Part shown: positions 50,595 to 58,769 of the stretch, one piece after another
How positions within the stretch are numbered: position 1 is the stretch's first letter
Layout of the letters: each line of letters starts with the position of its first letter
DNA from: Carcharhinus amblyrhynchos
Lineage: Eukaryota
NCBI GenBank assembly: GCA_965287045.1
Contig: OZ336882.1
Span: 53,258,001 to 53,322,000 of the forward strand
Length of the DNA stretch: 64,000 bases
Direction: 5' to 3'
Made by a program: the position numbers and the translations under genes
The notes under the pieces: model-generated
The model's database searches: none
The model's input: only the letters and a program-made list of their open reading frames with translations
What the model was told of the DNA's origin: nothing

Positions 50595-50986
50595 GAGGAC
50601 GGTCTCAACAGGGATCTTGGGTTCATGTCGCACTATCTGTAACCCCCATGACTTGCCTGGGTTTGCAAAACCTCACTTACTGTACTGTCTGGAGACAATA
50701 CACATCTCTTTAACCTGTGATCAGTGCTCCTCCACTCACATTATCAGCCACTTCAGGTCTTGAACAGTAGGTTAGGTGTAAGGATTCGCATTTTAATCAG
50801 TAATCTCTAAACTGTCTGTGCTTTATATGCTCTGTCTGAGGCCAGAACTCTCCATTCACCTGACGAAGGGACTAACCCCGAAAGCTAGTGAGTATATTAT
50901 CAAATAAATAGGTTGGACTAAAACCTGGTGTTGTCAGACTTTTTACTGTGTTTACCCCAGTCCAACGCCGGCATACCCACATCATG
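50584..50986 (+). repeat. Central pseudo-LTR (direct repeat of 53607-54010)
   Basis: Begins TCCGCACACATGAGG (the last 59 nt of the ORF plus the 3' UTR) and ends at the ORF ATG. It has about 7 differences from the right pLTR. Confidence 0.92.
50855..50892 (+). ncRNA. Minimal type I hammerhead ribozyme with weakened stem II
   Basis: UUCAC-CUGACGA-A-GGG-acuaac-CCC-GAAA-GC-UA-GUGAG. Predicted cleavage is after A50887. Confidence 0.75.
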
Positions 50987-53665
50987 ACTACTATCGACAC
51001 CGCAAACTGCCGGATCCAAGTGGAGAGGATCTCCAAGAAGATTGCGCATATCGACACAGACATCAAGTTTTTACAGAGATGCAAGAAAGCAGACAAGATA
51101 CCAAAAGGACTACAGATCACGAACCCACTCAGGGCAACCTATAACACAGACTACGCTGAGAGACTTTGCCGTCGCACCTCACTCACACTTCTCAACCACC
51201 TCATACACCAGCTTTACAGCAAACGCCACACCCTGGAAACTAAAATGGAATACATTTTCTCAACTTGTGCTCAGGATGCAGACCAACTGCGAAACTCTGC
51301 CAAGCAGATGAGACAAAGAAACTACACCACCTACACGCACACCAAGAACAGGAAACTTGAAAAACTCGGCATCGCCACCAGCAACAACCAAGCCTCCCCC
51401 GGCACCACAGTAGAAAACAGCACTACCGCAGGGAGGTCTATTGTCAACTTGTCGGACTACACACTTCAACCAGATGAAATCGAAGTTCTCAGCCGAGGGC
51501 TCAATTTCTGCCCCACCACCAAAATGGACCCCATCAGTCTCGCAGCGGACACAGAGGAATTCATCAGGCGAATGAGGCTGCGGGAGTTTTTCCACAAACC
51601 CCAAGAGGCCAGCAACAAACACAGTGAGACAGTCGATGAACCAGAACAGCCGACAGAGAGATCCGCAGTGCAACAGCCTAAGAGGAAGGAATCCAATTGG
51701 ACTCCTCCGGAAGGCCGCTGCCCTCGACTGGACTTGTATGCCCAAACCATCAGGAGGTGCGTTAACACCAGATTCATCAGCCGCACTCACAAGACAGCCC
51801 CGAACATCACCCAAGCACAACGCAACGCCATCCACGCTCTCAAGACAAACCGCAACATTGTCATTAAACCAGCAGACAAAGGAGGGGCCATCGTCATACT
51901 GAACAGAACGGATTACTGTAAAGAAGTGTACCGACAACTAAACAATGAGGAACACTACAGACAATTACCCACAGATCCGACCAAAGAACACACTCGTCAA
52001 CTCAACAATCTGATCAAGACCTTTGATCCGGACCTTCAGAGCACCCTTCGTGCTCTCATTCCACGTACTCCCCGCATTGGAGATCTCTACTGCCTCCCAA
52101 AGATACACAAGGCAAACACACCTGGCCGTCCCATCGTATCGGGCAATGGGACTCTGTGTGAGAACCTCTCCGGCTACGTCGAGGGCATCCTGAAACCCAT
52201 TGTACAAAGAACCCCCAGCTTTTGTCGCGACACTACAGACTTCCTACTGAAACTCAGCACACACGGAGCAGTTGAACCAGGGACACTCCTCGTCACAATG
52301 GATGTCTCAGCGCTCTACACCAACATCCCCCACAACGATGGCATTGCTGCGACTGCCTCAGTACTCAATGCTGACAACTGCCAGTTTCCAGATGCAATTT
52401 TACAACTCATCCGCTTTATCCTGGACCACAATGTCTTCACCTTCAACAACCAGTTTTTCATCCAGACACATGGAACAGCCATGGGGACCAAATTTGCACC
52501 TCAATATGCCAACATCTTCATGCACAGGTTCGAACAAGACTTCTTCACTGCACAGAATCTTCAACCAATGCTATACACTAGATACATCGATGACATTTTC
52601 TTCCTTTGGCCTCATGGTGAACAATCACTGAAACAACTATATGATGATATCAACAAATTCCACCCCACCATCAGACTCACCATGGACTATTCCCCAGAAT
52701 CAGTTGCATTCTTGGACACACGCATCTCCATTAAGGACGGTCACCTCAGCACCTCACTGTACCGCAAGCCCACAGACAATCTCACAATGCTCCACTTCTC
52801 CAGTTTCCACCCTAAACATGTTAAAGAAGCCATTCCCTATGGACAAGCCCTCCGTATACACAGGATTTGCTCAGATGAGGAGGATCGTGACAGACACCTC
52901 CAGACCCTGAAAGATGCCCTCATAAGAACAGGATATGGTGCTCGACTCATAGATCAGCAGTTCCGATGCGCCACAGCGAAAAACCGCACCAATCTCCTCA
53001 GAAGGCAAACACAGGACACAGTGGACAGAGTACCCTTCGTCGTCCAGTACTTCCCCGGAGCGGAGAAGCTACGACATCTTCTCCGGAGTCTTCAACATAT
53101 CATTGATGAAGACGAACATCTCGCCAGGGCTATCCCCACACCCCCGCTTCTTGCTTTCAGACAACCACACAACCTCAAACAGACCATTATTCGCAGCAAA
53201 CTACCCAGCCTTCAGGAGAACAGTGACCACAATACCACACAACCCTGTCACAGCAACCTCTGCAAGACATGCCGGATCATCGACATGGATACCATCATCA
53301 CACGTGAGAATACCATCCACCAGGTACATGGTGAATACTCTTGCAACTCGGCCAACATTGTCTACCTGATACGTTGCAAGAAAGGATGTCCCGAAGCATG
53401 GTACATTGGGGAGACCATGCAGACGCTACGACAACGGATGAATGAACATCGCTCGTCAGTCACCAGGCAAGACTGTTCCCTTCCTGTTGGCGAACACTTC
53501 AGTGGTCACGGGCATTCAGCCTCTGACCTTCGGGTAAGCGTTCTCCAAGGCGGCCTTCACGACACACGACAGCGCAGAGTCGCTGAGCAGAGACTGATAG
53601 CCAAGTTCCGCACACATGAGGACGGTCTCAACAGGGATCTTGGGTTCATGTCGCACTATCTGTAA
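50984..53665 (+). CDS. Penelope-like retroelement polyprotein: reverse transcriptase + GIY-YIG endonuclease (893 aa; Cys-rich linker suggests Neptune clade)
   Basis: PLE RT motifs PADKGGAIV, LPKIHK, PGRPIVS, TMDVSALYTNIP, GTAMGTKFAPQYANIFM, RYIDDIF, FLD, LYRKPT and SFHP. Linker PCHSNLCKTC...YSC. Endonuclease VYLIRCKKGC..WYIGET..RQRMNEH..VGEHF..H..E..GLN. The first ATG is at 50984; the track start at 50948 is a GTG. Confidence 0.95.
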   Translation: MTTIDTANCRIQVERISKKIAHIDTDIKFLQRCKKADKIPKGLQITNPLRATYNTDYAERLCRRTSLTLLNHLIHQLYSKRHTLETKMEYIFSTCAQDADQLRNSAKQMRQRNYTTYTHTKNRKLEKLGIATSNNQASPGTTVENSTTAGRSIVNLSDYTLQPDEIEVLSRGLNFCPTTKMDPISLAADTEEFIRRMRLREFFHKPQEASNKHSETVDEPEQPTERSAVQQPKRKESNWTPPEGRCPRLDLYAQTIRRCVNTRFISRTHKTAPNITQAQRNAIHALKTNRNIVIKPADKGGAIVILNRTDYCKEVYRQLNNEEHYRQLPTDPTKEHTRQLNNLIKTFDPDLQSTLRALIPRTPRIGDLYCLPKIHKANTPGRPIVSGNGTLCENLSGYVEGILKPIVQRTPSFCRDTTDFLLKLSTHGAVEPGTLLVTMDVSALYTNIPHNDGIAATASVLNADNCQFPDAILQLIRFILDHNVFTFNNQFFIQTHGTAMGTKFAPQYANIFMHRFEQDFFTAQNLQPMLYTRYIDDIFFLWPHGEQSLKQLYDDINKFHPTIRLTMDYSPESVAFLDTRISIKDGHLSTSLYRKPTDNLTMLHFSSFHPKHVKEAIPYGQALRIHRICSDEEDRDRHLQTLKDALIRTGYGARLIDQQFRCATAKNRTNLLRRQTQDTVDRVPFVVQYFPGAEKLRHLLRSLQHIIDEDEHLARAIPTPPLLAFRQPHNLKQTIIRSKLPSLQENSDHNTTQPCHSNLCKTCRIIDMDTIITRENTIHQVHGEYSCNSANIVYLIRCKKGCPEAWYIGETMQTLRQRMNEHRSSVTRQDCSLPVGEHFSGHGHSASDLRVSVLQGGLHDTRQRRVAEQRLIAKFRTHEDGLNRDLGFMSHYL

Positions 53666-54010
53666 CCCCCATGACTTGCCTGGGTTTGCAAAACCTCACT
53701 TACTGTACTGTCTGGAGACAATACACATCTCTTTAAACTGTGATCAGTGCTCCTTCCACTCACATTATCAGCCACTTCAGGTCTTGAACAGCAGGTTAGG
53801 TGTAAGGATTCGCATTTTAATCAGTAATCTCTAAACTGTCTGTGCTTTATATGCTCTGTCTGAGGCCAGAACTCTCCATTCACCTGACGAAGGGGGTAAC
53901 CCCGAAAGCTAGTGAGTATATTATCAAATAAATAGGTTGGACTAAAACCTGGTGTTGTCAGACTTTTTACTGTGTTTACGCCAGTCCAACGCCGGCACAC
54001 CCACATCATG
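53607..54010 (+). repeat. 3' pseudo-LTR with 37-nt tail ending at the position of the ORF start codon
   Basis: Direct repeat of 50584-50986; ends ...CCCACATCATG immediately before the TSD. Confidence 0.92.
53879..53916 (+). ncRNA. Minimal type I hammerhead ribozyme
   Basis: UUCAC-CUGACGA-A-GGGG-GUAA-CCCC-GAAA-GC-UA-GUGAG, with a GNRA-capped stem II and a palindromic AGCU stem III. Predicted cleavage is after A53911. Confidence 0.85.
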
Positions 54011-54257
54011 TCCACCCAAGATTGCATTGTTAATGCAAGTTGGCCAATATGTAATGCATCTGCCAATTGTGCTGACACTGAGACAGACTGGGAACGCATC
54101 ACTCTCTGAATCCAATGAGGACCCAGTGGCAGGGTTTAAAATGAGAGAGGGCAACTCCCTGAATGCTGCCAGGGGTGTAAGGGAGGCTGAGGGAGCTGAA
54201 ATCAACAACTGCAAGAAGTTTCATGAACAGCAATGGCATCAGCAATAGGAGCCCAAT

Positions 54258-54480
54258 ATGGAAGGTGAGTGGGCAAGTTGGGTTTCACTGGAGTGTCTGG
54301 GTGCCCTAGTGCCAGAGGTCAGTGCCAGGCAGCACATTCTGATGCCGAATGCAGCAAGGGAAGGACACCTCCGCTGTCGAAAAACGTCTGGTTGGAGATT
54401 GCTGCCCAGGTTAGTGGGTGTGAATCTTTGTGCCGTACCTGGTTTCAGTGACATGAATGGTTCAACGATCTTCTGCAGTC
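54258..54480 (+). pseudogene. Myb/SANT-like DNA-binding protein remnant (PIF/Harbinger accessory ORF type)
   Basis: LECLGALVPEVSARQHILMP / frameshift / KNVWLEIAAQVSGCESLCRTWFQ*HEWFNDL fits the W..IA..V.....RT..QC...F.DL pattern. Confidence 0.6.
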
Positions 54481-54526
54481 CGCAAGAGTAAAGGCAGAGA
54501 TGGCATGGATCTGTGTAGAGAAACGT

Positions 54527-54625
54527 AGTCACTCACTCCACTCACTCACCCAGACTCACTTGCTCATTCACTCAGACTTATTTACATATTCACTCACTCA
54601 GACTCTCACTTACTCACTCATTCAT
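54527..54625. repeat. (ACTC)n-like degenerate microsatellite; resumes at about 54955-54985 and 55697-55750
   Basis: CACTCACTC repeats split by a SINE and a Rex insertion. Confidence 0.75.
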
Positions 54626-54950
54626 AGAATCCATACAATCCCTACAGGGTAGGAGGCTATTTGGCCATCAAGTCTGCACCAACCACAATCCTAACTAGGC
54701 CCTATTCCCGTGACCCCACATATTTACCCTGCCAATCCCCTTACTCTAGGGTTAATCTAGCATGGTCAATCAACTTAACCTGCACATCTTTGGATTGTGG
54801 GAGGAAACCGGAGCATCCAGAGGAAACCCATGCAGACATGGGGAGAACGTGCAAACTCCATACAGACAGTGACCCAAGGCCGGAATTGAACCCAAATCCC
54901 TCAGACTGTGAGGTAGTAGCGCTAACCACTGTGCCACCATGCCATCCCGC
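54623..54950 (-). mobile_element. V-SINE / HE1-like, full length
   Basis: Reverse-complement head, V core and tail. Confidence 0.88.
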
Positions 54951-54984
54951 CCATTTACTCACTCACTCATTCACTCACCCACCC

Positions 54985-55700
54985 AGCATTATTGCTACAA
55001 AATGTATTTCCAAACTCTGTGCTCCTCCCTCTGCAACTGGATCCTAGACTTCTTAACCCACAGACCGCAATCTGTAAGGATGGGCAATGACACCTCCTCC
55101 ATGATTATCCTCAACACCAGTGGCCCACAAGGCTGTGACCTCAGCCCCTTTCTATACTCCCTGTACACCTATGACCGTGGCCAAATCCCATTTCAACTCC
55201 ATTTTCGAGTTTGAGAACGATATCATCATGGTGGGTCTGATCTGAAACAATGATGAGACAGAGTACAGGAAAGAGATAGAGAATCTAATGAATTGGTGTG
55301 GCAACAATAATCATCCCTCAACGTTAGAAAAATGAAGGAGACAGTCATCAACTTCAGGAAGTGGAGCACATGACCTGTCTACATCAACGGGGTTGAAGTG
55401 GAAATGTTGAGAACTAGAAGCTTTTAGGTGTCCAGATCACCAACAATCTCATCTGGTTCCTCCACGGCAATGCTATAGTTAAGAAAACTCACCAATGCCT
55501 CTATTTTCTAAGGAGGCTAAGGAAATTCGACATGTCCACTATGACAGTCACCAATTTTTACAGATGCACCATAGAAAACATCCTTTCCGAATGTATCACA
55601 GCTTGGTATGGCTTTTGATCTGACCAAGACCTTAAGGAACTACAAAGGATTGGAAACACAGCCCAGTCCATCACACAAACCAACATCCCATCCATTGACT
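54985..55700 (+). mobile_element. Rex1/Babar-type LINE RT fragment
   Basis: [43 protein letters not shown], followed by decayed WC..NN..LNV.K.KE...FR and LYFLRRLRKF motifs. Confidence 0.8.
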
Positions 55701-56279
55701 CGCTCATTCACTCACTCAGTTACTCGCTCAGCATCTCACACTCACTCAACTTGATGTCAATTTGGTATTCCTGTCAATTGTTTGGAAATGTTTTGCTCCA
55801 TTACAGGCAGTATAGCAATGCAAGTTATTGTCACTGTTGTTGTTGTGTAACTGCCAAATACTAATTTCAATTGCCATAGTCTTTTTTGGGTCAAAGTATT
55901 TGTTAATAACTTTGAAAGAGGTAAGTGTGCTCAATACATTTCAGGTAAAGATTACTGCATTGATTTTCTCTTAATGCTCCTCTCTCAGTTAGTTAAAAAT
56001 CTATGTTTAATTTATTCTTTGTTTCCCAGTGGAAGTTACTTGAGAATTTCATCAACATTGCTCTTGTTTTACTTACTGGTTTCTCATCAATTTTAAAGAG
56101 CATTGGAAGCTGAAGTCCCAGTGCTTTCCACTGAAGGAAGTGGATCAACTCCCTGGTATCTTGACGGATTACTGAGTGTTTTCTTTTTAAGTTGGAGACA
56201 CAGATAGACAGCTGCTTAAATAATTAAGGAATTGTGTCTTTTCAAATTCTGTTGTTAAGTTTATCTAACCACAAACATA

Positions 56280-56900
56280 ACTAGACATATAGCGCATGGG
56301 AATAGGGATAGGCCATCCACCTCTGGAACTGTCATCCCGTGCATTAGATCCTGGATGATCTGCCGTCTCAGCAGCTTTGCAGGGAGTGAGTTCAGAGTTG
56401 TATTATGTCTTGTGTGAGAAAATGCCTACTGACACCACTCCTGAAAGGCATAGTTCTAGTTTCTATTTATGCTTTGTTCTGGACTGCCCCACCAGCGGGA
56501 ATAATTCCTTCCCGTCGAGCTGTCAAGCCATTTAATCACTTGAAACATCTCAATTAGATGACGCTATAATCTTCCATACTCAACTGAATGCAAGATTAGT
56601 CTATGCAAGCTGGCCTCATAATTGCCTTGCCAACATGCTGGTGAATCTGCACTCCACGTTCATGGGGCACAATCTTACTGGGCATCCACGCTACACTCCC
56701 CGCTGCTGTGAGGTCAGAGAATTTGGCTTCCAGCCAAATCTCCGTTCACTACAGCAGGATAGGTAAAATCCTGCTGGCCTGAACAGCCATAGGCTTCCAT
56801 TTCCAATGTCCTTTCTTAGGTAAACTGCCTAGAACTGAATTCATTACTCCAGATGTAATTTAAACAGAACTTCATACAATGGTGGCATAATCATTAAATT
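56280..56900 (-). mobile_element. Old CR1 3' fragment with an internal MITE (about 56663-56780)
   Basis: Reverse-strand CR1 motifs (CTGGTGAATCTGCACTCCAC, AGAACTGAAT.CA.TACTCCAGATG). Confidence 0.55.
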
Positions 56901-56904
56901 TTAG

Positions 56905-57185
56905 CCCACACTTTCTTGCATCAGGAAAAAGATACAAAAGCCTGAAGTCATGTGCTGACTGACTCAAGAACAGCTTCTTCCCTGCTGCCATCAGACTTTT
57001 GAATGGACCTACGACACATTAAGTTCATCTTTCTCTACACCTTAGCTAAGACTGTACTACTACATTCCGTACTCTCTCCTTTCCTTCTCTATGAACAGTA
57101 TGCCTTGTCTGTATAGCGTGCAGGAAGCAATACTTCTCATTGTTATACCTCTACATGTGACAATGATAAATTAAATCAAATCAAA
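56905..57185 (+). mobile_element. Rex1/Babar-type LINE 3' end
   Basis: Matches 32870-33150. Confidence 0.75.
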
Positions 57186-57639
57186 AGCTTAAGATGATGG
57201 TTAATAATTCACCCTAGACTTTGAGGATATATTTCTGTGCTATTCACTAGTTGTTTTTGTGACATCTGCATGTGGAAACTTAAGTCCTGTACAGTCAAAT
57301 AGAAGTCAACAAAAAGGAAGGAAAATTATGTTTTGAGTGAGGTTGGATTCACAAAGAAGCACCAAAAGCAGCACCAATCAATTTTTCCAGTCATGTGCAA
57401 TCATTTCGACTTTTGAACATTTGTTCTCCATGAATTTTGAGTTGCCTTCAAATTGAGGTATTTGTTGCAATGATAAATATTTTCAAGGAAAGATGTTCAG
57501 GGCATAGGGTATAAAGTGAGTCATTTATTGCTGTATGAATTTCGTCAACAAGCAAATTGATTCTGTATTTAGCTCAAAACCTTTCACTCCTCACAGTTGG
57601 CCAGATTGTTGGTATTACAGAAATGAACGCCTAACCTAC

Positions 57640-58030
57640 ACTGAAAATGGAACACAGGAACAGGAGATGTCTCATTCAGCCCTGAAGCCAGAGCTCCATT
57701 GTTCAGTATAATCATGAATATTATTTACCTCATCTCCATATCCTTGTTTTTGCTTCATGTCCCTTGATATCCTTACTTAATAAAAAATAATCATTTTCAG
57801 CAAAAAGCTCATATCTTCCCACATCCACGGTCTTTAGGGAAGAGAATTCCAAATTTCCAGTACCCTTTGTGTGAGAAATGACTTCCTGTTTTCCTTCCTG
57901 CATGGCCAAGCTCTAACTTTAAGTTTTTGCACCCTCATTTTTGATCCGTACACAAGAAGAAATTGTTTCACTCTCTCTACCCATGAGCAAGCCACCCCTT
58001 ACTCTTCTGTACTCAGGAGAATACAAGATA
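57640..58030 (-). mobile_element. CR1 3' fragment
   Basis: GGAACACAGGAACAGGAG..CATTCAGCCC tail and GGAAGAGAATTCCAAATTTC motif. Confidence 0.6.
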
Positions 58031-58254
58031 CATTCTTCAGCAGAAAGAAAGAGAAAATATCACCAGAAGTGCTACAGCTAGCAGATTCTTACAGGGCTCG
58101 TTTGCATGAAGCTATAAGTTTAAATATTTAAACAAAAGCTGTTTGCTGCTTATCACTTCCACAGGTTGACATAAATATTTTAAAACTCCCTGAAAACCAG
58201 ATTCCGGGTTGGCACACAAAACTATAGACTTTTCAGCAAATCTTATGATGGTCT

Positions 58255-58600
58255 AAGAGCATTATCATTAAACTATTAATCCAGAAACTCAGCTCATGTT
58301 CTGGGGCCTTGGGTTTGAATCTCACCACGGCAGATGGTGGAATTTGAATTCAATAAAAAAAATCTGGTATTAAGAATCTACTGATGACCATGAAACCATT
58401 GTCGGTTGTTGGAGAAACCCATCTGGGTCACGAATGTCCTTTAGGGAAGGAAATCTGCCGTCCTCACCTGGTCTGGCCTACATGTGACTCCAGAGCCACA
58501 GCAAAGTGGTTGATTCTCAATCACCCTCGGGCAACTAGGCATGGGCAATAAATGCTGGCCAACAGTGATGGCAATGTCCCACAAATGAATAAAAAAAAAC
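58255..58600 (+). mobile_element. tRNA-derived SINE with a LINE-shared tail
   Basis: B-box-like GGGTTTGAATCTCACC, conserved body, tail GGGCAACTAGGCATGGGCAATAAATGCTGGCC and poly(A). Confidence 0.7.
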
Positions 58601-58769
58601 CTATAGTCCTTCTCTTCAGCTGTTTTTCTCAGGCTTGCTGCTGCTATGTTGTGCTATCCCAATGGCTGCAGCACGGCTAGGGAAAGGTTGCTGACTTTAA
58701 CTGGGGAGGGGGAGAATCAGATACAGCCTTGCAGGATGCCCTTGACCAGCTCTGGTTCTTGTAGGTCCA

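Larger units (their letters stand above)
47608..54010. mobile_element. Penelope-like retroelement, palindromic (head-to-head) dimer inserted as one unit
   Basis: The arms 47608-50585 and 50996-53973 are 2978-bp inverted repeats around a 410-bp spacer. There is a 37-nt tail at 53974-54010. The TSD TCCACCCAAGAT lies at 47596-47607 and 54011-54022. Confidence 0.95.
47481..54490 (+). mobile_element. Decayed PIF/Harbinger-like element (5' part with Myb/SANT ORF remnant) hosting the Penelope insertion
   Basis: TIR-like GGCCCTGAAATTT at 47481; the host sequence continues after the TSD at 54023; Myb/SANT-like peptide at 54258-54480. Confidence 0.5.

Noticed and set aside
47608-54010. Palindrome as an assembly or foldback artefact
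   Set aside because: A perfect 12-bp TSD, a few arm differences, a distinct central pLTR haplotype and the same end architecture at 14228-14458 argue that it is real. Read-level confirmation is still needed.
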